Source: Chloroflexi bacterium RBG_13_51_36
Lineage (GTDB): Bacteria; Chloroflexota; Dehalococcoidia; GIF9; AB-539-J10
Assembly: GCA_001796515.1 (NCBI GenBank)
Contig: MGMS01000028.1
Coordinates: 4,355 to 68,354 of the forward strand
Reading direction: 5' to 3'
DNA: 64,000 bases
The translations under genes were made by a program, and so were the position numbers. Positions 19,546 through 29,063 of the stretch are shown here, one piece after another; position 1 is the stretch's first letter; each line of letters opens with the position of its first letter. The notes beneath the pieces were generated by a model that made no database searches, was not told the DNA's origin, and saw nothing but the letters and a program-made list of their open reading frames with translations.

Positions 19546-21294
19546 GTGGACAGGCGAATAGACAACCTCGTTATTACAGGTTTCTCAGGCACCGGTAAAT
19601 CTCTGGTAGCCAAAGAGGCAGCCCGGAGGTTGAACTGGGATTATCTGGATACCGACGAAGAGATAGCCAGACGGACAGCCAAACCTGTCGCCGAGATTTT
19701 TCGCCAGGATGGGGAGGGCAGGTTCAGGGAATTGGAACGCGAGGCGATTAGAAGGGCCTGTCAGAAGAGACAGACAGTTATAGCTATTGGCGGTGGTGCC
19801 ATAGTTGACCCCCAAAATTATGAATTGCTTGCCAGGACAGGCTTAATCTTTTGCCTGGAGGCCAAACCTGAGACAATCTATGAACGCCTATTCCGTGCGG
19901 CCGCCCGAAGTCCTAAGACGGAGGTTCGCCCTCTTCTGGCGGTCGATGATCCGCTGGAGCGCATCAGGCAGCTTAAAGCCTCCCGACAACCCCACTATGC
20001 CAAGGCTGATTGGACTATTCACACCGACGACTTAAGTATCGATGAAGTAGCAGAGGAGGTAGTAAGGGCCTGGAGATTGCTTAGTGGCACTCACCCTCAC
20101 CCTAATCCTCTCCCGTCAAGGGAGAGGAAATCAGGCTCGCGGCTAAAGGCTAATGATGACGTTGCCTGCGTGGTGCAGACTAAGACGCAAAGTTATCCTG
20201 TCTTTGTTGGCTACGGGTTATTGAACAAGCTTGGTGAAAAGATGAAGCAAGCTGGTTTATCCGGCACAGCCACCATAATTAGCGACGAGAACGTCTTTTC
20301 TATCTACGGCGACACGGTTGAGAGAATCCTGAAAGAGGCCGGCTTTGCGGTCAATTCTTCTGTAATGCCGCCCGGTGAAGAAACGAAGAGCATGGATCAT
20401 GCTGTCAAGATATACGACTTCCTGGTCGAGCATCGAGCGGAGAGAGATGATATTATCGTCGCCTTAGGTGGCGGAATGGTAGGCGACCTGGCGGGTTTTG
20501 TGGCGGCGACCTTCTTAAGGGGCATGCCCTGGGTGCAGGCGCCGACCAGTTTGGTGGCTATGGTTGATGCCAGCATCGGGGGCAAGGTTGGAATTAATCA
20601 TGCGAAGGGGAAAAATCTCGTTGGTGCCTTCTATCAGCCTAATCTGGTTTTGGCTGACCCCGAGACTCTGAACACCCTCCCTGAGCGTGAGTTGACTTCA
20701 GGCTGGGCTGAAATCGTCAAACACGGCTTGATTCTAGACGAGGAGTTTTTTGAGTTTCTGGAGAGCAACGTTAGTAAACTGGCAAAGCTAGAGCCGAAGT
20801 TGCTTGCCCGAGCTATTGCCCGCAGTGCTGCTATTAAGGCTCAGGTCGTCAGCCAGGACGAAAAAGAAAGGGAAGGCAAGCGCACCATCTTAAATTATGG
20901 GCATACCGTAGCTCACGGCCTGGAGGCGGCTACCCGGTATAAGCGGTTTCTTCACGGGGAAGCGGTGGCCATTGGCATGGTGGGGGCCGCTAAACTCAGT
21001 CAACGATTGGGGTTTTTGCCTGCAGCGGCAGTGGAGCGCCAGCAAGCCCTACTGCAAAAATTCGGCCTACCCACGTCATTACGAGCCGAAGCTGCGAGCC
21101 AAAGGCGTGGCAGACAGCGAAGCAATCTCAAGTTGAGCCTTGCCGAGGTAACCAGTGCCATGGAACTCGACAAGAAGATGAAAGGGAAGGAGATTCGCTG
21201 GGTGCTGTTGCAGGATATCGGGCAAGCAGTAATTCGTAGTGACCTGCCCAAGAAAGAGGTGCTGGCCGTCCTTCGGGAACTGGCAGGGCGGTAG
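19546..21294 (+). CDS. aroKB: bifunctional shikimate kinase / 3-dehydroquinate synthase (AroK-AroB fusion)
   Basis: N-terminal ~185 aa has a P-loop kinase motif (GFSGTGKS) with shikimate kinase layout. A Pro-rich linker (THPHPNPLPSRERKSG) follows. The C-terminal ~360 aa is DHQ synthase (GGGMVGDLAGF..., HGHTVAHGLE). GTG start. Confidence 0.85.
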   Translation: MDRRIDNLVITGFSGTGKSLVAKEAARRLNWDYLDTDEEIARRTAKPVAEIFRQDGEGRFRELEREAIRRACQKRQTVIAIGGGAIVDPQNYELLARTGLIFCLEAKPETIYERLFRAAARSPKTEVRPLLAVDDPLERIRQLKASRQPHYAKADWTIHTDDLSIDEVAEEVVRAWRLLSGTHPHPNPLPSRERKSGSRLKANDDVACVVQTKTQSYPVFVGYGLLNKLGEKMKQAGLSGTATIISDENVFSIYGDTVERILKEAGFAVNSSVMPPGEETKSMDHAVKIYDFLVEHRAERDDIIVALGGGMVGDLAGFVAATFLRGMPWVQAPTSLVAMVDASIGGKVGINHAKGKNLVGAFYQPNLVLADPETLNTLPERELTSGWAEIVKHGLILDEEFFEFLESNVSKLAKLEPKLLARAIARSAAIKAQVVSQDEKEREGKRTILNYGHTVAHGLEAATRYKRFLHGEAVAIGMVGAAKLSQRLGFLPAAAVERQQALLQKFGLPTSLRAEAASQRRGRQRSNLKLSLAEVTSAMELDKKMKGKEIRWVLLQDIGQAVIRSDLPKKEVLAVLRELAGR

Positions 21295-21307
21295 CTTCTT
21301 TATTCAA

Positions 21308-21336
21308 TTGAAAGGCCCTCTTTTATAGGCTATAAT
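21308..21336 (+). promoter_or_regulatory. sigma70-type promoter for aspS-tig-clpP operon (TTGAAA-17nt-TATAAT)
   Basis: TTGAAA at 21308-21313, a 17-nt spacer, then TATAAT at 21331-21336. GGAG at 21352 and TTG start at 21363 follow. Confidence 0.5.
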
Positions 21337-21362
21337 TGCCAATCCCGAAAAGGAGACTATCT

Positions 21363-23165
21363 TTGCTCAAAAACCATAACTGCGGCCAATTAAGGGAAAA
21401 GGATACCGGACAGAAGGTAACCCTGGCGGGCTGGGTGCACCGGCGTCGCGACCATGGCGGGAAGGTATTCATTGACCTGCGTGACCGGGATGGTGTGGTC
21501 CAGGTAGTATTCAATGCCCAGGTATCACAAGAGGCATACGAGGTAGCTGGTTCGCTCCGGAGTGAGTATGTAATTCAGGTTACCGGTGAAGTTGCTCTCC
21601 GCCCCAAGGGGACGGAAAATCCCAAACTGGCTACTGGAAACATCGAAGTGACCGCCACCGGGACTGTCATCCTTAATCCATCGAAAACGCCGCCTTTCTA
21701 CATAAATGAGGACACAGAGGTGGAGGAAACGTTGTGTCTCAAGAACCGCTACCTCTATCTGAGAAGGCCCAGGATGACGGACAATCTCATCCTGCGCCAC
21801 AGAGTGATAAAGTTCATCCGTGATTTTCTGGATGTTAAGGGCTTTGCGGAAATCGAGACACCTTGTTTGATTAAGAGCACACCAGAGGGAGCTCGTGACT
21901 ACCTCGTGCCCAGCCGTATCAATCCCGGCAAGTTTTATGCTTTGCCTCAATCCCCACAGCAGCTCAAGCAAATCCTGATGGTAGCCGGGTTTGATAAGTA
22001 CTTTCAGATAGCTCGTTGTTTCAGGGATGAAGACCTAAGAGCGGATCGCCAGCCCGAGTTCACCCAGCTTGACCTGGAGATGAGCTTTGTTGAGGCGGTA
22101 GATATACTGCGGCTAATGGAGGAACTTTTCACATCCCTTGTGAAGGCGGTGAAGCCCGGTATGCGATTACCGGAGCCCTTTCCGCGCCTCTCCTACAAGG
22201 AAGCTATGGAAAGATACGGCACAGATAAACCGGACATCAGGTTCGGCTTGGAGATCAAGGATATGTCTGATATCGCTGCCAGCACAGAGTTTCAGGTTTT
22301 TCGTTCGGCCCTCGAGGACAACGGCAAGGTGAAAGGAATATGTGTCCCGGGTTGTGGTCATTATACCCGGCATCAACTCGATGAACTGATTGGGTTTGCC
22401 AAGGATTGTGGTGCCCGGGGTTTAATGACGATGGCCTTTACGGGTGAATCAATAAGCCTCAATGAGGTGAAATCAGCGGCCGCCAAATATGTGACTCCTG
22501 GCCAGCTGGAGGAAATAGCCGGTAGATTCGGGGCGAAACCTGGCGACCTTCTGCTCATCGTGGCTGATAGGCCAGGTGTAGTCAATAAGACACTTGATGA
22601 ATTGAGGCGCGAGATGGCGCACCGGCTCAGCTTGGCTGATGCCAACCTGCTGGGTTTTGCTTTCGTGGTCGATTTTCCGTTTCTGGAGTGGAACGAAGGT
22701 GAGCATCGATGGGAACCGATGCACCATCCGTTTACTGCCCCTCGCTGGGAAGACACGGCGCTTCTGGGTAGGGAACCGGCCAAAGTCCGCGGTCAACACT
22801 ATGATGTGGTCTGCAACGGTTCTGAACTCGGTAGTGGCAGCATCAGGATTCACAATCGTCAGTTCCAGGAAGAAATATTTGGACTCCTCGGTTATAGCAA
22901 GGAGGAGACGGAAAGCCGATTTGGAGGTTTCCTGGAGGCACTGGAATATGGCGCGCCGCCTCACGGAGGCATCGCCATAGGATTGGACCGCCTGGTGATG
23001 TTGTTGGCGAGAGAGCGGAGTATCAGGGAGGTCATTGCTTTTCCTAAGAATCAGAATGCCGTTGATGTGATGCTGGATAGCCCCTCTTACGTTGACAAGC
23101 GACAGCTCGATGAATTGAACATCAAGCTAAAACACGAAGTTCTTCATCACAATGATAAGGAATGA
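21363..23165 (+). CDS. aspS: aspartate--tRNA ligase
   Basis: Class IIb aaRS with OB-fold anticodon-binding N-terminus (LLKNHNCGQLR...VTLAGWVHRRRDHG) and class II motifs. Start assigned to TTG 21363 on two grounds: a GGAG ribosome-binding site 7 nt upstream, and alignment to E. coli AspRS, whose N-terminus has the form MRTEYCG. The listed ORF start at 21336 overlaps the -10 box. Confidence 0.9.
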   Translation: MLKNHNCGQLREKDTGQKVTLAGWVHRRRDHGGKVFIDLRDRDGVVQVVFNAQVSQEAYEVAGSLRSEYVIQVTGEVALRPKGTENPKLATGNIEVTATGTVILNPSKTPPFYINEDTEVEETLCLKNRYLYLRRPRMTDNLILRHRVIKFIRDFLDVKGFAEIETPCLIKSTPEGARDYLVPSRINPGKFYALPQSPQQLKQILMVAGFDKYFQIARCFRDEDLRADRQPEFTQLDLEMSFVEAVDILRLMEELFTSLVKAVKPGMRLPEPFPRLSYKEAMERYGTDKPDIRFGLEIKDMSDIAASTEFQVFRSALEDNGKVKGICVPGCGHYTRHQLDELIGFAKDCGARGLMTMAFTGESISLNEVKSAAAKYVTPGQLEEIAGRFGAKPGDLLLIVADRPGVVNKTLDELRREMAHRLSLADANLLGFAFVVDFPFLEWNEGEHRWEPMHHPFTAPRWEDTALLGREPAKVRGQHYDVVCNGSELGSGSIRIHNRQFQEEIFGLLGYSKEETESRFGGFLEALEYGAPPHGGIAIGLDRLVMLLARERSIREVIAFPKNQNAVDVMLDSPSYVDKRQLDELNIKLKHEVLHHNDKE

Positions 23166-23168
23166 GAT

Positions 23169-24461
23169 ATGAAGGTAAGCACGGAAAGTCTGGAGAATTG
23201 CCGGATAGCTCTTAATATAGAGGCTGAAGCTGGTGAGTTGGATAAATCACTGGATGAGGCTTATCGTCATCTGGTGAATGAGGTGTCTGTACCCGGTTTC
23301 CGCAAAGGCAAGGCGCCACGGGCTATTCTGGAACAACATGTAGGGAAGAGATATCTGCTGGAGGAAGCACTGGAGCATCTGATACCGCAGCTTTACGGAC
23401 AGGCGGTCGAATCTCAAAAACTCGAGCCCATTGCCAGACCGGAAATAAAGATTAGTCAAACTGAGCCTGTAATCTTCAAAGCCGTGGTGTCTCTGAAACC
23501 TGAGATTAAGCTTGGCGATTACCATGACTTGAAACTGGAGGCTACTCCACCGGCAGAAATCAGCGAAAAGGAAGTTACTGCTGCCTTGAATGAATTCCAG
23601 GAAAGACAGGGAGCATGGGTGCCTGTAGACCGCGCTGCTCAGCTCGGCGACCTGGTTGCTATAGATATCCAGGCCAGCGTTGATGGCAAACCGTGGTTGA
23701 ATCATAAAAACATATTGTATGAGATGAACAAAGATTCACGTTCACCTGTGCCAGGATTTGCCTCTCAGTTACAGGACACTGAGAGGAATAAAGAAAAGAG
23801 CTTCAGCTTGACCGTTCCCGTTGATTACCCGATTGAGGAAATGCGTGGCAAGGAGGGCACTTTTCAGGTCACTGTTGCCGAGGTAAAGGAGAAACAGTTG
23901 CCGGAGCTCAATGATGAGTTAGCTAAGGGTGCCGGATATGACAATCTGGAGGATATGAAAAGGAAGGTAAATGACGACTTAAAAGCTAAGGCTGGGGCGA
24001 GGAATCGGCTGGAGTTGAGCCAGAAGGCGCTTGACGGGCTGGTGGAGATCAGTGAAGTGAAGTACCCGCCTGTGCTGGAGGACGAGGAAATTAACGAACT
24101 TCTCAGAAACCAGGCACAGCGCCTGGGTTTTAGAGAACTGAACGATTACCTCAAGAAAACCAATAGGAAGGAGGAGGAAATTAGACAGGAACTGCGTCCT
24201 ATAGCAAAGAGACGGCTTACTGAGAGTCTTGTCCTGGGGAAATTGGCCGAAGAAGAAAAGATTGAAATTAGTTCTTCAGAGGTAGATAATAGGATAGGCG
24301 AGATCGCCAATGATTCTGAAGACAAGGAAAAAGCGAGGGAGTTCTTCTCGCTGCCCCAAATCCGGCAGTCGATTGAACAATCGCTGCGTACTCAGAAGAC
24401 CATGGACCGGTTATTACAGATAGCAGTTGGCAAGAGTGAAAATATGACAAAGGGGGAATGA
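23169..24461 (+). CDS. tig: trigger factor
   Basis: Ribosome-binding N-domain with GFRKGKAP motif, an FKBP-like PPIase middle domain and a C-terminal arm. Confidence 0.9.
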   Translation: MKVSTESLENCRIALNIEAEAGELDKSLDEAYRHLVNEVSVPGFRKGKAPRAILEQHVGKRYLLEEALEHLIPQLYGQAVESQKLEPIARPEIKISQTEPVIFKAVVSLKPEIKLGDYHDLKLEATPPAEISEKEVTAALNEFQERQGAWVPVDRAAQLGDLVAIDIQASVDGKPWLNHKNILYEMNKDSRSPVPGFASQLQDTERNKEKSFSLTVPVDYPIEEMRGKEGTFQVTVAEVKEKQLPELNDELAKGAGYDNLEDMKRKVNDDLKAKAGARNRLELSQKALDGLVEISEVKYPPVLEDEEINELLRNQAQRLGFRELNDYLKKTNRKEEEIRQELRPIAKRRLTESLVLGKLAEEEKIEISSSEVDNRIGEIANDSEDKEKAREFFSLPQIRQSIEQSLRTQKTMDRLLQIAVGKSENMTKGE

Positions 24462-25066
24462 TGGAAACAAAATCTCAAGTGATAATTCCTACGGTAACCG
24501 AGACCAGTGCCCGGGGCGAACGTATTTTTGACATATATTCTCTATTGCTCAGGGAAAGAATCGTTTTTTTGGGCACGCCGATCAATGATCAGATAGCTAA
24601 TCTTATTATTGCTCAGCTCCTCTATCTGGAGAGAGAAGACCCGGAAAAAGACATAAACCTTTATGTCCATTGTCCCGGTGGCATCATCAGCGCTGGCCTG
24701 GCTATTTATGACACCATGCAGATCCTTCGCTGCCCCGTGTCCACCATCTGTGTTGGTATGGCAGCCAGCATGGGTACCGTGCTTTTGTGCGCTGGGAGCA
24801 AAGGCAAGAGGTACGCTTTACCGAACTCGACCATACATTTGCACCAGGCCGTCGGTGGCGCTCAAGGGCAGGCGGCGGACATTGAAATTGCCGCCAGAGA
24901 AATCATGAGGATGCAGGAAATGCTACGTAACATCATAGCCAAGCACACCGGGCAGTCGGTGGAGAAGATTGCCCACGACACCGACAGAGATTTTTATCTG
25001 AACGCCGAACAAGCAATAGAATATGGCATTATAGACGAAATACTTAGCAAGCCCGCGAAGAAATGA
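24458..25066 (+). CDS. clpP: ATP-dependent Clp protease proteolytic subunit
   Basis: ERIVFLG...[15 protein letters not shown]...GMAASMG contains the Ser-His-Asp triad context. Start overlaps the tig stop as ATGA. Confidence 0.9.
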   Translation: MMETKSQVIIPTVTETSARGERIFDIYSLLLRERIVFLGTPINDQIANLIIAQLLYLEREDPEKDINLYVHCPGGIISAGLAIYDTMQILRCPVSTICVGMAASMGTVLLCAGSKGKRYALPNSTIHLHQAVGGAQGQAADIEIAAREIMRMQEMLRNIIAKHTGQSVEKIAHDTDRDFYLNAEQAIEYGIIDEILSKPAKK

Positions 25067-25067
25067 A

Positions 25068-25235
25068 ATGATGGGGGGGGTGCCGGGCTGGATTGGGGTA
25101 AGTGTTCAAGCTTATACCGCGGCGGAAGCATTCGGCAGACTGGGCAGGGGAGGGTTAATTGCCATCGTCGTTGTCTCCATAGTTGCTATTGCTGCCTTCG
25201 TGTGGATTTTCCGTGAGACCGGAAGGCGAGATTAG
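25068..25235 (+). CDS. hypothetical 55-aa single-TM small protein
   Basis: ATGATG start 1 nt after the clpP stop, followed by a G8 homopolymer. Encodes MMGGVPGWIGVSVQAYTAAEAFGRLGRGGLIAIVVVSIVAIAAFVWIFRETGRRD. It is below the 60-aa cutoff of the ORF track. Confidence 0.3.
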   Translation: MMGGVPGWIGVSVQAYTAAEAFGRLGRGGLIAIVVVSIVAIAAFVWIFRETGRRD

Positions 25236-25486
25236 GTAATCTGAGACAACCGTAAGAATCTTACCGCGTTTTCAGGCCCGGGATGAATACGATTCCGAGT
25301 TAATGAGTGGTTCGGATTAGCCCAGTTTTGCAGCTTCTTCTCTAACCAGGCGACGTATTCTTCTACGGATTTCCAAGGCCGGTCTGACATGCTTAGCTCC
25401 GTCGAACCAGTGCAAGCACTCTCTATCTTCGCCTCTTCCGCCCTTCCTCCTGTGCGTGAGCAGTGTTCGAACAGCTTGACACTCAC
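25232..25486 (-). CDS. hypothetical protein (84 aa)
   Basis: GTG start preceded by a GGGAGA ribosome-binding site. No recognisable domain. It occupies the gap between clpP and the PHP gene. Confidence 0.25.
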   Translation of the reverse strand: MSVKLFEHCSRTGGRAEEAKIESACTGSTELSMSDRPWKSVEEYVAWLEKKLQNWANPNHSLTRNRIHPGPENAVRFLRLSQIT

Positions 25487-25543
25487 TTTTTCTCCCGGTG
25501 CCCAGAACTGTCCACCGATGAAGTAATCTAATGGATACCAGGC

Positions 25544-26215
25544 TCATGGCGAAGTCCGTGTGGAATCACCAAGTGTCCGTTTTCTTATCTTGGCCCACGT
25601 GCTGGCAAAATGAGCTAAATAACTGGATCTCTGCCCGAATATTTTGCCTTGAGCCAGGGAGTTCAGAAAGTCGGTGGGGCCATCGAATTCGGGCATTTCC
25701 ACATATGCTCGGCCAATTTCGCCCGGAGTATGGGCGTCGCTGCCGACGCTGGCAACTTTCCCGTGCTCTCTGGCTAATCTCCCTGCTCTGGCGATACTAC
25801 CAGAAAATGGCGTGCGAGAATTGAAAGTCTCAACGATATCGACCTGGGACAAGATGTCTACCGACGTTAATGGGCGAGCATTCCAGGGCAGCGACCTGCC
25901 AAATGGATGAGGAATAGCCACCAGACCGCCCTGGCTCCGGATTCTGGATATTGTTTCCTGAGGAGATAATCCTTGGGAAATTCTTTCGGTAAGAAAGAGC
26001 CCCATTATTTCGCCCGCGGGCGTTAGTATTTCTTCAGCAATGATTACCTTGAACGGCGCAATTTCCCTCAACCTCAGAGCGCCGGCAATAGTGTTATGGT
26101 CAGCGACAGCAATACAATTTATGGCCAACTCGAGGCACCGCTCGATTATCTTATCCAAAGGTGTAAGAGAGTCTATGGAATAGCAGGTATGGATATGTAA
26201 ATCAGCTCTTATCAA
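25544..26215 (-). CDS. PHP-domain metal-dependent phosphoesterase
   Basis: All four PHP motifs are present: HIHT, ADHN, E..H and GSDAH. Confidence 0.75.
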   Translation of the reverse strand: MIRADLHIHTCYSIDSLTPLDKIIERCLELAINCIAVADHNTIAGALRLREIAPFKVIIAEEILTPAGEIMGLFLTERISQGLSPQETISRIRSQGGLVAIPHPFGRSLPWNARPLTSVDILSQVDIVETFNSRTPFSGSIARAGRLAREHGKVASVGSDAHTPGEIGRAYVEMPEFDGPTDFLNSLAQGKIFGQRSSYLAHFASTWAKIRKRTLGDSTRTSP

Positions 26216-26231
26216 CTAGCCTACCTGAGTC

Positions 26232-26792
26232 TTAGCTAACTTTCTCCTGGTATGCCCCGGTTCGCGTATTGACTTTGATGAGATCGCCGGTATTGATGAA
26301 AAGAGGGACCTGAATAGTCACTCCCGTTTCCAGTTTGGCTGCTTTGGTGCCCGCTGTGGCCCTATCTCCCTTGAAGCCAGGCTCTGTCTCCGTAACCCGA
26401 AGTTCCACAGAAGCGGGCAGCTCTACGGCTATTGTCTCTCCCTTACAGGTCACGATTTCCAACGCCAGGCCTTCTTTCAGATATTTTGTATCATCTCCTA
26501 CCTGAGCGGTAGTCAACACGATTTGCTCGTAGGTTTCGTTGTCCATGAAGTAGTAAAGGTGGCCGTCCTTATAAAGGTACTGAACCGGTCGATGTTCCAG
26601 AAATACCGTTACAATCTTGTCCCCTGACTGGAAATTCCTTTCGACAAAACTACCGCTACGAACACCACGAAGTTTCAACTTAACCACTGGTTGCCTCTGT
26701 TGCATCTTGACATGCTGGTATTCTAGGACCTGGTATATGTCGCCCCCTAGTTCTATAACGACTCCCTTTCTCAATTCGCCGGCATCAATCAT
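26232..26792 (-). CDS. efp: elongation factor P
   Basis: 186 aa with the KOW-like N-domain and OB domains. Conserved loop KLRGVRSG. Confidence 0.9.
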   Translation of the reverse strand: MIDAGELRKGVVIELGGDIYQVLEYQHVKMQQRQPVVKLKLRGVRSGSFVERNFQSGDKIVTVFLEHRPVQYLYKDGHLYYFMDNETYEQIVLTTAQVGDDTKYLKEGLALEIVTCKGETIAVELPASVELRVTETEPGFKGDRATAGTKAAKLETGVTIQVPLFINTGDLIKVNTRTGAYQEKVS

Positions 26793-26867
26793 CTGGGAAC
26801 CTCCCGGTTATGCGTTCTGCCCTCAGCACCAGTCTTGTTGTTGGTCACAGAGACTTCCGGCTGAAGA

Positions 26868-27968
26868 CTATTTTTCTGCCTTGCTGAGCACCCTAAGTCT
26901 CCCGTTTTCCAGAACTGCCATGTCCTCTATTCTAACACCACCTTGTCCTGCAAGGTAAATTCCCGGTTCCAGGGTAAACACCATGCCATCGGCAAGTGAA
27001 TCAGAGGAACTGAGACCAAGCCTGGGAAATTCATGTACGGCTAGCCCGACGCCGTGTCCCAGACCATGCCCGAAGGCATCTCCATAGCCGGCTTGGTCAA
27101 TAACTGTTCGGGCCAATCGGTCTGCCTGAGAAGCAGTCATTTCTGATGTAGTCCCTTCTATAGCGCTGGCCTGTGCCTTGAGCACTACATCGTAGATTTC
27201 CTGAAAGGTTTTGTTTGCTCTGCCTAGGAATAACGTGCGACTAAGGTCGCTGCAATAACCATCGATTCTGGCCCCCATGTCGATCAACACCGGCTCACCG
27301 GAGCGAATTGCCTTCTCTGTAGGTCGAGCATGAGGCAGAGCTGCATTGGGGCCTGAAGCTACGATGATTTCAAAAGGTACTCCTTCACTGCCTTTTTGGC
27401 GTAGGATTGTTTCTATCTCCCAGGCTATCTCCTTCTCGGTCACGCCAGGGCGAATCATCTTGTTTGCCTGTTCGAAAGCGGCGTCGGCTAGCCGTGCTGC
27501 TTTTGTGATTAACACCAGCTCTTCGGGCCCTTTTATGGAACGAAGCTGTTCTACTATGCCGGCGGCAGGAACAAGCTCAAGATTAATTTGTCTGGCTGTT
27601 ATTGCCGCGCTGAGCCTATTATGACTATCATAAGAAACGAGATTTGCCTCGAAGCCCAGTTTGTGCCATCCCAGATCAGAGACCAAACCGGGAAGCCAGC
27701 CGTGTAACTCCTGCTTGATCCGTATAATCTCAAAGCCTGGCGACTCTATCTTGGCTTGCTCTTCGTAGAGGAAGTCAACGGCCAGAATAGTATTCTGTTT
27801 CGAAATGAGCAGCCAACCGGAGCCTGTAAACCCAGAAAGATAGCGAAGGTTCTCCGGTTGGGAGATCAAGAGGGCGTCTAATTCCTTTTCGGCGATGGAC
27901 TTTCGCAGCTTACGCAGTCGCTCCATGCTGGAGCTTCTATTCTGGCCTTCGGCAATTTCATTCGTCAC
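26868..27968 (-). CDS. pepP: Xaa-Pro aminopeptidase (M24B family)
   Basis: Creatinase-like N-domain plus the pita-bread metal ligands (D...D...H...E...E; HGLGHGVG). GTG start. The efp-pepP adjacency is common. Confidence 0.85.
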   Translation of the reverse strand: MTNEIAEGQNRSSSMERLRKLRKSIAEKELDALLISQPENLRYLSGFTGSGWLLISKQNTILAVDFLYEEQAKIESPGFEIIRIKQELHGWLPGLVSDLGWHKLGFEANLVSYDSHNRLSAAITARQINLELVPAAGIVEQLRSIKGPEELVLITKAARLADAAFEQANKMIRPGVTEKEIAWEIETILRQKGSEGVPFEIIVASGPNAALPHARPTEKAIRSGEPVLIDMGARIDGYCSDLSRTLFLGRANKTFQEIYDVVLKAQASAIEGTTSEMTASQADRLARTVIDQAGYGDAFGHGLGHGVGLAVHEFPRLGLSSSDSLADGMVFTLEPGIYLAGQGGVRIEDMAVLENGRLRVLSKAEK

Positions 27969-28373
27969 TTCGAATCTCCTCTACCCATAAGGTATGCATC
28001 TTGCCCTGCGGGGCTCACTACAGTGGTTCGGGTGAGAGCCTGCCCGAAAATCTTTGCTCATGTTGCAGGGAAACAAAAACCCCACGTCCACGGGACGCGA
28101 GGTACACATGTCCCAATTCAGGACCTGTGCTGAAACGGGCGCCACCGCTGAGATAAAGGAACAATACACCGCCCTTTGTGGGTAGTGGCTGGCGGTGATT
28201 CCATTTTCGTGTCGTATGTCCCGTTCCCGAAAGGATTATAGTGCGCCAATATTGATGATGTCAATCATGGAATGCTGCGGTTAACAGCATCATGAAAGAA
28301 ATTGTTCATATCAATTTCTTAACATTTTTGGTATAAAATAATAGGGCTGGAAGAAATCCTCAGGAGGCTAGGG

Positions 28374-29063
28374 ATGGCAGGTAAAAAAGTTCTGGTAGTT
28401 GATGACGACATGAAGACTGTGGAACTGGTCAGGCTGTATTTGGACCGGGACGGGTATCAGGTTCTAACTGCCTATGACGGGGTAGAAGCTCTACGTCAGG
28501 CTCGTGAAAACTACCCCGATTTAATTGTTCTTGACCTCATGCTGCCGGACATCGATGGATTGGAGGTGTGCCGCTCGTTAAGACGTGAATCCGACGTGCC
28601 AATTATTATGCTTACGGCCAGGACTACTGACCGGGACAAGCTGGCAGGTTTGGACCTAGGAGCCGATGACTACGTTACCAAGCCTTTTAGCCCGAAGGAA
28701 CTGGCAGCTCGCGTGCGGGCGGTGCTGAGACGTCTCCCGGGAGAACGCGGTCCTGAAGAGATTAAGAGTGGTGAACTCACCATGAACTTCACGACACATG
28801 AAGCGTGGCTTGCAGATAGACCGCTGGGCTTGACCAGCGTTGAATTTAAGCTACTGGGAGTTCTCGCTAAAGAGCCAGGCAGGGTCTTCAGTCGCGCAAA
28901 TCTCATTGAAGAGGCTCTGGGCTATGATTTTGAAGGATTCGACCGCACCATCGATGTTCACATACTCAACCTACGCCGGAAAGTGGAGCCAGACCCCGGC
29001 CGTCCTAAGTATATAAAGACGGTATACGGAGTTGGCTATAAGTTTGCGGGAGGGGAACAGTGA
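28374..29063 (+). CDS. OmpR-family two-component response regulator
   Basis: Receiver domain (DDD...D...K) plus a winged-helix trans_reg_C domain. A GGAGG ribosome-binding site lies upstream. Confidence 0.9.
   Translation: MAGKKVLVVDDDMKTVELVRLYLDRDGYQVLTAYDGVEALRQARENYPDLIVLDLMLPDIDGLEVCRSLRRESDVPIIMLTARTTDRDKLAGLDLGADDYVTKPFSPKELAARVRAVLRRLPGERGPEEIKSGELTMNFTTHEAWLADRPLGLTSVEFKLLGVLAKEPGRVFSRANLIEEALGYDFEGFDRTIDVHILNLRRKVEPDPGRPKYIKTVYGVGYKFAGGEQ

Noticed and set aside
21336-21362. Listed aspS start at TTG 21336
   Set aside because: It overlaps the TATAAT box of the upstream promoter and has no RBS. TTG 21363 has a GGAG site 7 nt upstream and aligns with AspRS N-termini.
25544-26215. PHP gene possibly frameshifted into the downstream ORF 25317..25547
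   Set aside because: All four PHP motifs lie within the 223-aa ORF, so it appears complete.
28130-28215. TPP riboswitch (CTGAGA and CCCTTTG elements present)
   Set aside because: It lacks the conserved GAACCUGAUC / UAAUGCCAGCG pyrimidine-sensing core. The resemblance is limited to short words.
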